The notes under the pieces are model-generated. The model did not search any database and was not told the origin of the DNA. It worked only from the letters and a program-made list of their open reading frames with translations. Positions 16,675-26,173 of a DNA stretch of 64,000 bases are shown one piece after another. The stretch covers positions 1 to 64,000 of the forward strand of contig CBDVDR010000012.1 of assembly GCA_965372795.1 (NCBI GenBank), in the 5' to 3' direction. Both the position numbers and the translations under genes were made by a program. The number at the start of each line of letters is the position of its first letter. Within the stretch, counting starts at the first letter, position 1. Origin of the DNA: an uncultured bacterium (lineage in GTDB: Bacteria; Zixibacteria; MSB-5A5; GN15; FEB-12).

Positions 16675-18936
16675 CTAAGGCTTTAGGTCAATCTGATAGA
16701 AACCTCTGGCTTTAAGATTATTTAGTTTCAATATCTGCTGTTTATTAATTACAGAACTGTTTTTTTCAATTTTATGCATAATCTGCTGTTCAATATTTGA
16801 ACAGATAACCATATCAAAATAACCGAGAACTGACATTAGGTTGTCATAGTGTGACATCTTAACTTTGGAGCTGATACACAAAATACCCCTCTCAAAATCC
16901 CGAAGATCTTTGCACTCACTAATATTCTCAACAAACGAAAGATTAATTGAATCTGTCTTAAAATTATAAATTCTATCAGCTTGCAGATTAGCTGAGCCAG
17001 TTAATTTTATTATTGGCTCCACCGTAATTTCATTAATTAAGTCATTGCCGGAAAGCTGCTTAATGTCATAGAACATATTTAATAGAGGTTCATTTACAAA
17101 CATTGTATCACCCTGATGAGTCGCCATGAGATTCATTAAATCTTCAGCCGCTTTATATTGTGATGATAATACATAGACATTATTGATCTTTTCAATACTA
17201 TAATGAATAAGCATTGGGCGTATAATTACTTCATCAATTGGATAATCTTTTTTATACAACCCGTTTACAATCATTGTAGAACTTCTGGAAACCGGATCAA
17301 TATGAAGCAAACCCATCCCGCCCGGTAGATTAAATGCAATCAGGCGATTAGATTCTGATTCGAAATATGGCGAAATTATTTTATAGCCAAAACCAATATT
17401 TAGGATCACTAAAAGACTTATAACGGTAAGTCGTCTAATTTTTGTCTTATATAATGACATAACAATTAAAACCGTAATAATAAAATATAAGATGACATAA
17501 CTAACCGAAAACTCCCCTGTCTCCCATATCATTCGTTCATCACCATTAAAGAATATCAATAATTTTATGATAAAACTCATGAGAACATCAAGGAGGCTCC
17601 CGACAAATTGTCCTAACAAGGGATGAATCAAAGCCGCCACAAGTAAAACCAGCACGCCTACTAAGGCTATAGAAACCAACGGAACAATAATAAGGTTGGC
17701 AATAACTGAGACCAGCGGAATTTTTTGGAAATAAAACGCAATAACAGGCGCTGAACAAACCTGGGCAACCAGTGAAATAATCAGGGGCAGAAATAAATAC
17801 TTGTAGATTTTATAATTATAATATTTTTCAAATTTACGATGAATTATAGGAACAAGAAAAATCAACCCCCAGGCTGTTATAAATGAAAGCTGGAACCCAA
17901 TATGATAAAACTGTCCCGGATCAAACAGTAAAATAATTGAAGCCGTCAGAGCTATTATATTATTCAAATTATATCGACGTCCGACCAATCCGGCAATAAT
18001 CACTAAAGTTGCCATAACCGATGCGCGAACAACCGAGGGCTCACCATATGAAAGAAAAGTGAATATAAAAACTATAGCCATTAAGATTAAACTGCGGATA
18101 TTTCTTTTTAAAGAAAAAGGGCGCATCACAAATATAAAAAACAAAATAACCAAAGCAACATTAGAACCGGATACGGCCAAGAGATGCAATGTCCCCGTAT
18201 TGCGAAAATATCGATAAATATCAACAGGAATATTTCTTGTCTCACCGATTAAAAAACCAGAGGCTAATGAGGCTGACATCGGTGAAAGATTATCTTCAAA
18301 AACATTTGTAATCTCTGCTCTCAACTTATCAATTAATGACAACAATTTAATTGATGAAGACCGACCGATACGAACATCAATCAAAGTTGGCAGATAGACA
18401 ACTCCGAATATTCCTTTAAGATTTAAAAATCGCTGGTAATTAAATCCGATATTTTTTTCTATCTCACGAACAGGATAAATCACGCCAAAAAATTCGACCT
18501 TATCCCCTCTTTGAAGGGTGGTTGTGGTATCATATACTTTTAATAATATATCACCCTTGACTGAAACTGAAGTTTCTCCCACAAGTGAATCAACTCGAAT
18601 AGGAATTTCCGTTCGGTTGGCTTTTAATAAGGGCCAGTTAGAAACTTCTCCAAAAATATGATAGCGCTGATTTTCTTCAACAATTTGCTTCAAACTGTTA
18701 GGACCGGTATCATAAAATTGAACGGCAAAATTCAAAGCGTTGAAAAATAAAATAGCCAGTGAAAAACCGATCAGACCTAATTGTATTCTGTTTTTTTTGA
18801 ATAATACATAACCGCCGATCATGCTTATCAATGCAAACAAAAACAATAACAGCGATGATATCCGTGTAAGATCGGCTAATAGAATCCCTGCGATAATCAC
18901 CAGCAGCAGGAAGATGCCGGGATATTTGCGAAACAT
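16675..18936 (-). CDS. comEC: DNA uptake channel ComEC/Rec2
   Basis: DUF4131/OB region, HLLAVSG.N, PSVVRA..M and GFQLSF; degenerate C-terminal MBL-like region. Confidence 0.9.
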   Translation of the reverse strand: MFRKYPGIFLLLVIIAGILLADLTRISSLLLFLFALISMIGGYVLFKKNRIQLGLIGFSLAILFFNALNFAVQFYDTGPNSLKQIVEENQRYHIFGEVSNWPLLKANRTEIPIRVDSLVGETSVSVKGDILLKVYDTTTTLQRGDKVEFFGVIYPVREIEKNIGFNYQRFLNLKGIFGVVYLPTLIDVRIGRSSSIKLLSLIDKLRAEITNVFEDNLSPMSASLASGFLIGETRNIPVDIYRYFRNTGTLHLLAVSGSNVALVILFFIFVMRPFSLKRNIRSLILMAIVFIFTFLSYGEPSVVRASVMATLVIIAGLVGRRYNLNNIIALTASIILLFDPGQFYHIGFQLSFITAWGLIFLVPIIHRKFEKYYNYKIYKYLFLPLIISLVAQVCSAPVIAFYFQKIPLVSVIANLIIVPLVSIALVGVLVLLVAALIHPLLGQFVGSLLDVLMSFIIKLLIFFNGDERMIWETGEFSVSYVILYFIITVLIVMSLYKTKIRRLTVISLLVILNIGFGYKIISPYFESESNRLIAFNLPGGMGLLHIDPVSRSSTMIVNGLYKKDYPIDEVIIRPMLIHYSIEKINNVYVLSSQYKAAEDLMNLMATHQGDTMFVNEPLLNMFYDIKQLSGNDLINEITVEPIIKLTGSANLQADRIYNFKTDSINLSFVENISECKDLRDFERGILCISSKVKMSHYDNLMSVLGYFDMVICSNIEQQIMHKIEKNSSVINKQQILKLNNLKARGFYQIDLKP

Positions 18937-18945
18937 AATTGGTTA

Positions 18946-20511
18946 TTATCCCCTTCTCATAAATAACCTTTTAATAAGGCGCACCTCTTTTATTCTAAAC
19001 ATTGAACATAAAATCAAGTAAATAATTATTGCTTCGACTGCCGGAATAACCAGATTTATCAATCTCTGGACAGATTCCGGTGCAACTGTTGGTATAAATG
19101 GAATCATCCGAGCCAGATAAACGGCAATAATAGCCGCCACTAATACTCTAAAAGTATGCAACCCTATTTTACCAAATGGAATAGATATCCCTTTGCGTGG
19201 CAGGAAATAAAGTAATAAGCCGCAATTCAAAATTCCCGCAATAGAAGTTGCTGCTGCCAACCCGGCAAAGTTGAGTATTTTTATCATTGGATAATAAAGA
19301 GCTAAATTAACCACTACTGTAATAATTGAAAATTTCATCGGCATTTTTGAATCATCAAAAGCATAATAAAACGGAACAATGATTCTCACTGTTGCAAAGC
19401 CGATTAATCCATAAGAATAATGAAGCAGGGCTAAAGATGTATTTCCGGCATCAGCGACTGAAAAGGCTCCCCACTGAAAAATGAGACTTACTATCTCAGA
19501 ACCCAAAATTGCCAATAAAACTGCCGATGGAACAAGAATAAACATATTGAGATTAAATGACTCAACAAATGTATCGGTTAACGCCTGATCATCTTTTTTA
19601 CTGACCAACTCGGCAACTTTTGGCAAAGCCACGGTTCCTAAGGCTACCGCAAAAACCCCCATCGGGAAATGCATCAAACGATATGAGTAATTTAAATAAG
19701 AAATTGAACCTTCAATTAGAAAAGATGCTAACAGCGTGCTGACCAGAACATTTACCCGACTGGCTGACAATCCGATAATCATTGGGATTACCAGATTAAT
19801 TACTTTTTTAAAATCAGGATTCAGAAAGTTAAAATTGAACCGAAACCGGTAGCCGATCTTTCGAAGTGACGGTATCTGAATAAATAACTGCCCCAAGCCG
19901 CCTATCACCACCCCATAAGCTAAAGCATAAATTGGCTGATCAAGATAATCATAGGTTAACACAACGGTGAGAATCATCCCCAGATTGAACATCGCCGATG
20001 ATAAAGCCGGAATTCCAAAGCGACCAAATGAATTTAAAATGCCCATTACTAAAGCAGCCAGAGAAACAATTAGTAAGTAAATAAACATTATTCGCGTCAG
20101 CGAAACAGTCAGATTAAATTTTTCCGGGTCGGCGGTAAATCCCTTGGCTGTTAAATAGATAATTGCCGGAGCAGCAATAATGCCCAGGATTACAATCGTC
20201 CCGACCACCACAAATATAAAACTGATTATCGTTGAGGCGAGTTGGAAAGCCTTGGTTTCCTCATCGGAAACCAGCTTTTTCTTAAAAACAGCAATAAAAG
20301 CCGCCGATAACGCCCCCTCGGCAAACATATCTCTCAATAAATTAGGTACTCTGAAAGCAGTAACAAAGGCATCAGTAAGCATCCCGGCACCGAAATAATA
20401 AGCCATAACCTGTTCCCGGACAAGCCCTAAGACTCTTGAAAAAGCTGTTGCCGAAGAAACTTTTGATGCTGATCGAATAAGTGTTTCTTGTTTATTTTTG
20501 CTTATTGACAA
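18946..20511 (-). CDS. murJ: Lipid II flippase MurJ
   Basis: SRVLGLVRE, DAF..AFRVPNLLRDMFAEGA and many TM segments; TTG start uncertain. Confidence 0.93.
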   Translation of the reverse strand: MSISKNKQETLIRSASKVSSATAFSRVLGLVREQVMAYYFGAGMLTDAFVTAFRVPNLLRDMFAEGALSAAFIAVFKKKLVSDEETKAFQLASTIISFIFVVVGTIVILGIIAAPAIIYLTAKGFTADPEKFNLTVSLTRIMFIYLLIVSLAALVMGILNSFGRFGIPALSSAMFNLGMILTVVLTYDYLDQPIYALAYGVVIGGLGQLFIQIPSLRKIGYRFRFNFNFLNPDFKKVINLVIPMIIGLSASRVNVLVSTLLASFLIEGSISYLNYSYRLMHFPMGVFAVALGTVALPKVAELVSKKDDQALTDTFVESFNLNMFILVPSAVLLAILGSEIVSLIFQWGAFSVADAGNTSLALLHYSYGLIGFATVRIIVPFYYAFDDSKMPMKFSIITVVVNLALYYPMIKILNFAGLAAATSIAGILNCGLLLYFLPRKGISIPFGKIGLHTFRVLVAAIIAVYLARMIPFIPTVAPESVQRLINLVIPAVEAIIIYLILCSMFRIKEVRLIKRLFMRRG

Positions 20512-20533
20512 AATGATTCTGCCGATTTATATT
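20505..20533 (+). promoter_or_regulatory. Sigma70 promoter of rpsT
   Basis: TTGACA-17 nt-TATATT; the -35 overlaps the predicted murJ start. Confidence 0.6.
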
Positions 20534-20573
20534 GAATGTTACTGTTTAACAAATTATTTGAAAGGATGAACTG

Positions 20574-20828
20574 TTGCCAAATCATAAGTCGTGTGCCAAA
20601 CGGATGAAAACTTCTTCCAAAGAGAGAATCCGCAACCGTACCTTTCGTACGAAACTTCGTAACGCTGTCAGAGAACTGCGTGATGAAACTAATAAAGAAG
20701 CCGCCGGAACGAAACTTCATAGTGTAACGAAGATTATCGATAAAGCAGCAGCCTACGGATTGATACATAGAAAAAATGCCGACAGAAACAAATCTCGTCT
20801 GGCTCTCTTTGTAAATAAACTCGCTTAA
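20574..20828 (+). CDS. rpsT: 30S ribosomal protein S20
   Basis: PNHKS..KR....R.RN...IDKAA..G.IH...A.R.KSRL; TTG start. Confidence 0.97.
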   Translation: MPNHKSCAKRMKTSSKERIRNRTFRTKLRNAVRELRDETNKEAAGTKLHSVTKIIDKAAAYGLIHRKNADRNKSRLALFVNKLA

Positions 20829-20852
20829 TTTCATCTTTGCTGAAAAATTAAT

Positions 20853-20879
20853 GCCTCCGGTTATCCGGGGGCTTTTTTT
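20853..20879 (+). terminator. rpsT terminator
   Basis: GCCTCCGG-TTAT-CCGGGGGC followed by T7. Confidence 0.8.
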
Positions 20880-20946
20880 ATCCCTTTTATTAATTTTGAT
20901 TAAAATTATTCTATCCGGTGAAATCATTCAACTAATATTTTAAAAT

Positions 20947-20977
20947 AAAAAAAGGCAGCTCGCTTAACGAACTGCCC
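20947..20977 (-). terminator. Probable terminator of the M28 peptidase gene
   Basis: A-run followed by a GGCAG...CTGCC stem. Confidence 0.55.
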
Positions 20978-21000
20978 TCAAAGATTTATTATCTCAAATA

Positions 21001-23742
21001 TTATTCAATACATCCCACGACAGGCATTGGACCTGACAGGAAAATATAATTGACAAGGTATGTCAAATCTGAAATATCAAGCACACATGATCCGTTCACA
21101 TCGGCAGTGTTCATGATAATCGGCGGCGGTCCGCCTCCAAAAAAATAATCCACGATATAAACAACATCTCCGATATCAACCGTTCCCGACCCGTTCACAT
21201 CACCCGCAGTTTCAATTACTGCGGTTTCGCCAAAGGTTTGTTTGACAAATGAAATCAGAGCTGTTGCTGATTCGGTCGTTAAGAAATAGACCGGGAAAGT
21301 CAGAAATATTCTCAAACCTTCAGGGGTAGCATACAAAACTCCACAGGGTTGGTTTTCAAATAACGGACTATTTGTAAATGAATCAAAACGATAGATTATT
21401 GTTGCTCCGGATCTGGTTGTGATAACCGGAATATTAGGCATATTTGTAAACATAATTCCGGGGTCCATTTGTAAATCAGGCCAGCTGCCTTCTCCTTTTG
21501 CCCCGGCAAAATCCATTCCGGTATTTACGTTATAAGAAGTTACCCCAAACTCTCGATATAATAAATGACTGCTATAAAGAGGTGATTGAGTCCAATCTGA
21601 AAGTACGGCATAGCCGGAAACAAAAACATTAGTCTCAAAATTGAGATACCAATCAAGAGTGTCTTCACTAAGAGGAATCATATTCGGAGACAAATCATCA
21701 TCAAACCAAAAGATTGAAGAATATTGTCCGGCAATATTTCGGGAAAGCTTTTCTCCAAGAATATAAGATTCAACCTGAACAACTCCGTGAGGAGTGCCAT
21801 CGAACAGCGAATCAAAGTATGCTAACTGTTCTGTTTGATCAGGCAATGGATTTGTTTGGGTCATATCATCAACGACTAAAATACCGCCATCAAAGGTTGC
21901 GGCAAAGGCTTCAACTTCTTCTGAATAATCGGACTCATAGCCATCGAAATCCACAGCTGTTAATTTATAAGTATATTGAATCTGTCCAAGAGTGTTAACA
22001 TCTTCGTAATATGAAGGAACATAGTTGTCTTCATAAAGTGAATAACTAAGATCATTCATTTTCCTATAGATACGATAATAACTAAAATCGGCTTCTATAT
22101 TATCATTCCAATCGAGGAGAATTTTATGATCGGCTGGATCAGCCTGAATATTTGCCGGGGCTCTCGGAATCAACAATGGCATCTCACTGCTTTCAACTGT
22201 ATAAATCGCCGGATAACCATCATCTATATCACCAAATACACCAAAATAATATATTTGACCATCGGTCAATCCATTGATTGTGTAAGAACAAATTCCATCC
22301 GGGACAATTATAGAATTGGTGTAGACTTCTGAAGAGGTGCCATATCTAATTGTGTAATGATAACTCGGGTCACAATCAGACCAGAAAAGTTCCAATGCCT
22401 GACCATCACCAATATCTACTATTTGTTCAATTTCGGTCGGATGAGCAGCATTGGCAACATGAGCCAGGGCACTGGTTGCCATCTTTACAACTTCTGTAAA
22501 GAAAGGAAAATTCAATGCGGTTGTAAGATCAAGATTTGTATGCCAGCCCTGATAGTTAAAATTGGCTTCAATATTATTACAAATATTAAATCCAGCCTGA
22601 TCAAATGAAGCATGATCGGAACCGCCGGGAGATGAGTTGCCTTTTATCGGATTCACACCCGAAACTCTTAAAGCGGCATCGTAAGTCAGATCGCGGTAAC
22701 TTCGGTTGGCTCCACCGGAAATTTCAAGCTGATAATAGTTGTTTGGATCATAAGCAACCATATCATAGTTAAACATTACTTCAACATCCGTTCCCGTATA
22801 AGCAAATTCATCGGCAGCATAATATGATCCGACCAGACCAACTTCTTCAGCAGTAAAAGTCATAAAAACAATTGTTTTTCTAAAAGGAACATCTACCAGG
22901 ATTCGGGCAATTTCCAAAACAAGTGCTGACCCCGAACCGTTATCATCAGCTCCCGGAGCATAATCCATTGGGTCGGTTGGCTGATTATATGTTATTGAAT
23001 CATAATGACCGCCAATTACAATAACTTTGTCAGGCTCAGTTGTCCCCGGTTTGACACATTTCACATTGTATTGATTTCCGTTAAAATAAAATGACGGCGT
23101 TGTAACATCGGTATAGCCCCAGGCTAAAAACTTCGAGACAATCCAGTCACGAGCCTGATCAATTCCAGCGGTGTAAATATAACGGGTTTGGAAATTTTCA
23201 AGATGATAATCAAAGGCATAAATTGAATCCTGATTTACTCTCAAAGCAAGAGTATCGGTGGGGAAATCATCAATTTCACTAAATAGATTAGCGACCGATT
23301 TGGGTAAATATATTATTCTTATTTCAAGGTCTGTTAATGAAGTCACAAAGAAATCAGGATTTTCTTCATAACTTGCCGCCTCTGATCTTGCCAGAGGCAT
23401 GATTGACATACTATTGCCAATATCAATCTGTTCTCCAAAAACATCAAATTGTTTATTTGTTACAAATCTCGTTCGCGGACGAATTAAATATATCGAACTT
23501 ACATCAGCATCTTTCACGAGAACATCAAAACTGATTCCGGCTCGGGAAAGAACCCCTGTTTGTACTTTATTAAGGCTAACAGTAAAATCGTTACCGGAGC
23601 GAACATGGGCGGATTCGATAGCTTGGTTAACTACCTTTTCCTGAAATTTATTCTTCACTTTGACAATAGCAATATCTTCTGCGAAAATTGCCGGGGATGA
23701 CAACAAAACAACAAGAAGCAATGAACTAATTAGTTTACGCAT
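21001..23742 (-). CDS. Secreted M28 metallopeptidase with two Fn3 domains and a C-terminal dockerin-like domain
   Basis: Signal peptide; GGHYDS, PGADDNGSG, AEEVGL.GS, NYDM, SDH..F and WHT motifs; Fn3 repeats; GDVNGSG.VDIGD and ADVNGS..LDISD duplicated Ca-binding loops. Start ATG 23742 with GGAGG. Confidence 0.88.
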   Translation of the reverse strand: MRKLISSLLLVVLLSSPAIFAEDIAIVKVKNKFQEKVVNQAIESAHVRSGNDFTVSLNKVQTGVLSRAGISFDVLVKDADVSSIYLIRPRTRFVTNKQFDVFGEQIDIGNSMSIMPLARSEAASYEENPDFFVTSLTDLEIRIIYLPKSVANLFSEIDDFPTDTLALRVNQDSIYAFDYHLENFQTRYIYTAGIDQARDWIVSKFLAWGYTDVTTPSFYFNGNQYNVKCVKPGTTEPDKVIVIGGHYDSITYNQPTDPMDYAPGADDNGSGSALVLEIARILVDVPFRKTIVFMTFTAEEVGLVGSYYAADEFAYTGTDVEVMFNYDMVAYDPNNYYQLEISGGANRSYRDLTYDAALRVSGVNPIKGNSSPGGSDHASFDQAGFNICNNIEANFNYQGWHTNLDLTTALNFPFFTEVVKMATSALAHVANAAHPTEIEQIVDIGDGQALELFWSDCDPSYHYTIRYGTSSEVYTNSIIVPDGICSYTINGLTDGQIYYFGVFGDIDDGYPAIYTVESSEMPLLIPRAPANIQADPADHKILLDWNDNIEADFSYYRIYRKMNDLSYSLYEDNYVPSYYEDVNTLGQIQYTYKLTAVDFDGYESDYSEEVEAFAATFDGGILVVDDMTQTNPLPDQTEQLAYFDSLFDGTPHGVVQVESYILGEKLSRNIAGQYSSIFWFDDDLSPNMIPLSEDTLDWYLNFETNVFVSGYAVLSDWTQSPLYSSHLLYREFGVTSYNVNTGMDFAGAKGEGSWPDLQMDPGIMFTNMPNIPVITTRSGATIIYRFDSFTNSPLFENQPCGVLYATPEGLRIFLTFPVYFLTTESATALISFVKQTFGETAVIETAGDVNGSGTVDIGDVVYIVDYFFGGGPPPIIMNTADVNGSCVLDISDLTYLVNYIFLSGPMPVVGCIE

Positions 23743-23869
23743 GTATCCTCCGTTTGATCTAATCAAGACGTGTATAATCGCCGAGTATTTTTTTGATTAA
23801 AAAGCCAGTACAACTACAAGGTAACGATGAGACACAATTTGTCAAGAATTAAACTTATAAACGGATGGA

Positions 23870-24394
23870 TTACAATTGAATACCTTTTTGAAAAGGTTTA
23901 AAAGATGCTTCCTGAAAAGCCTTATTGAGATTTCTTAAATTAATTGATTTTGACTCTGGAAGCGACGGATAATCTGCGGCGGAAATCAGTGCTTTATTTT
24001 TAATTGGTTCAAGATATCCAATTTGAAACTTTATTTTCTTTTGAAATGCATTCAGCATAATCCGTCGGGCTGAGCCATCTTTTAAATGAGCTGAATTATC
24101 GGTAAAACTAAAAATAAATTCCGGACTGGAAGAATAAACAATAATATCTTTGATTTTCTCTTCTTTTAAATCGGAGGTAATAAACTTCAGCAATGAAAAT
24201 AGCGCCCCGAAATCCATCCCTATTTGGTCTCCATCGACCCGACATCGAAACATTATTCCAAAATCAGGGATTGCAAATAGAATCATTCCCGTACAAAACT
24301 CATTTTTTTTCAAAAATGGCTCCAGTTCGGGAATATGATAAGAGGCTACATAACATTTAATCTGTTTGGGCTTAGTTGTCTTCTTTTTATTCAT
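23870..24394 (-). CDS. Hypothetical protein, possibly a degenerate RNase HI-like fold
   Basis: MDFGALFSLLKF...IIVYSSSPE resembles RNase HI AEY.AL...V.SDS. Start uncertain (ATG 24394 or TTG 24412). Confidence 0.55.
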   Translation of the reverse strand: MNKKKTTKPKQIKCYVASYHIPELEPFLKKNEFCTGMILFAIPDFGIMFRCRVDGDQIGMDFGALFSLLKFITSDLKEEKIKDIIVYSSSPEFIFSFTDNSAHLKDGSARRIMLNAFQKKIKFQIGYLEPIKNKALISAADYPSLPESKSINLRNLNKAFQEASFKPFQKGIQL

Positions 24395-24523
24395 AAAGAA
24401 TAAATAAAGCAATATAAATGCCGCAATTTAAACCTGACAAAAAAATTAAAATCTGTTGATAAACTTAGACTTAGGGCGTAGGAATTTAATCTAAGTCAAG
24501 GGTATGAAATAATTAGCATAATC

Positions 24524-24955
24524 TTAGTCGATTGATTTCATAAGTGTATCTTTTAGAGTCTGGTCTGCTTCGATATATTTACCCGAAGCTGTGGCAAAGA
24601 TTTCACCATCCTCATTTTTTACCTCACCCTCGGTAATATAAATTCGCCCCTTATTTTTTACAACTTTCCCCGAAAACTCAAGTTTTTCACCTATTTGAAC
24701 CGGTTTAAGAAACCTGATCGTCATTTCAGCAGTAACTGCATAAATATCTTCTGCCAAAATAGCTTTAATCATAACCTCATCTAAAAGGGTCGAAATAATC
24801 CCGCCATGGTAAATTCCGTTGTACCCCTCGAAATTCTCAGCGGCGACAACTTTGGCAAAAGCTTTGGAGCCATCATAGTAAAATTTTGCTTTTAGACCAA
24901 TTTCGTTTTTGTCACCGCAAACAAAACATCCCGAATATTTTAAAACTTCTTTCAT
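24524..24955 (-). CDS. PaaI-family hot-dog thioesterase
   Basis: CFVCG..N..GL, G..HGG....LLDE.M and VTAE..IRF.KPV motifs. Confidence 0.9.
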   Translation of the reverse strand: MKEVLKYSGCFVCGDKNEIGLKAKFYYDGSKAFAKVVAAENFEGYNGIYHGGIISTLLDEVMIKAILAEDIYAVTAEMTIRFLKPVQIGEKLEFSGKVVKNKGRIYITEGEVKNEDGEIFATASGKYIEADQTLKDTLMKSID

Positions 24956-24970
24956 AATTTACTCTTATTC

Positions 24971-24998
24971 AAAAAAAGTCCGATTAATACCGGACTTT
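24971..24998 (-). terminator. argF terminator
   Basis: A7-GTCCG...CGGAC-TTT hairpin. Confidence 0.6.
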
Positions 24999-25010
24999 AA
25001 TTAGATTATT

Positions 25011-25928
25011 TTAATTCTTCTTCATCTCTTCTTTTAAGAAAAGCATAATCGCTTTTTGAATATGAAGCCTGTTTTCTGCTTCATCAAAAACGACCGACTG
25101 TTTCGAATCCATCACTTCATCAGTAATTTCTCTACCCCGTTCGGCAGGCAGACAATGAAGTACGATAGCTTTTGGATCGGCATGTTTCATCAATTCAGAA
25201 TTGATCTGGAATTTTTTGAGCTTGTCAGCTTTTGCTTCGGCTAAATCTTTCTGTCCCATTGAAGCCCAAACATCGGTATAAACAACATCAGCACCTTTGA
25301 CAGCCTCAAGCGGATCGTCGGTAATGAGAATATTACTTTCCGGGTTAGCTTTGGCTTTTGCAACAATGTCTGCATCCGGGTGACAATCTTCAGCAGTACC
25401 GATTCTAAAATCAATCGGAATCAAAGAAGCCAGATTTAACCAGCTGTTGGTAATATTATTTCCGTCGCCCAGATAGGCTATTTTATATCTGTCTTTTGGT
25501 TCAAGATGTTCGGTGATTGTGAAATAGTCGCCTAAAATTTGACAAGGATGAACCAGATCAGTTAACCCATTGACAATTGGAACGGAAGCATTTTGAGCCA
25601 ATTCTTCAACATCAGACTGCTTAAAAGTTCTAATCATTATAGTTGAAACATATCGTGAAAGAACTCTTGCGGCATCGGCTACCGTTTCCCGCTGTCCAAG
25701 CTTGATCTCTTTATCGGTAATATAAATCGGAGCACCGCCAAGTTCGGAAATCCCGACTTCAAATGAAATTCTTGTACGCAGTGACTCTTTGGTAAATATA
25801 CAGGCTACCGACTCGCCCTGAAATGGTTTTGGAGCAATTTCTTTTTGCTTCATTTTACGGCAAAGTTCAAAAATTTCTCTTACTTCATCGGCGGTAAAAT
25901 CAGTGATTTGGCAAAGTGAACGTGGCAT
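25011..25928 (-). CDS. argF: Ornithine carbamoyltransferase
   Basis: SLRT, HPCQ, GDGNN, DVWASMG, HCLPA and AENRLH motifs. Confidence 0.93.
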   Translation of the reverse strand: MPRSLCQITDFTADEVREIFELCRKMKQKEIAPKPFQGESVACIFTKESLRTRISFEVGISELGGAPIYITDKEIKLGQRETVADAARVLSRYVSTIMIRTFKQSDVEELAQNASVPIVNGLTDLVHPCQILGDYFTITEHLEPKDRYKIAYLGDGNNITNSWLNLASLIPIDFRIGTAEDCHPDADIVAKAKANPESNILITDDPLEAVKGADVVYTDVWASMGQKDLAEAKADKLKKFQINSELMKHADPKAIVLHCLPAERGREITDEVMDSKQSVVFDEAENRLHIQKAIMLFLKEEMKKN

Positions 25929-26173
25929 TATTAAATCTCCTATTCTTTTATTTTTATAAACTTCGTGAATAATGGATAAAAATTTTTAAAAGTCAAGTCT
26001 ATCAATTGGATAGTCACTTAAATATTACTAAAAATAATCAAAAAATAGGTTTAATTTTATAGTTGATTTATATTTGAAATATATTTTTAATATCTGATAA
26101 CTCAATAAATAATGGAATTTTAAATAAAGAAAAATTAAAATTTTCTTTTAAACAACTCTACAGAGGAGGTAGA

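Noticed and set aside
20502..20927. 141-aa minus-strand ORF
   Set aside because: Antisense to rpsT and its terminator
25011..25928. N-acetyl- or N-succinyl-ornithine carbamoyltransferase, suggested by SLRT
   Set aside because: The SMG loop and HCLPA of ordinary OTC are present
26063..26076. Second Fnr-type box upstream of the porin (TTGATTTATATTTG)
   Set aside because: Only one half-site matches, in very AT-rich DNA, with no well-placed -10
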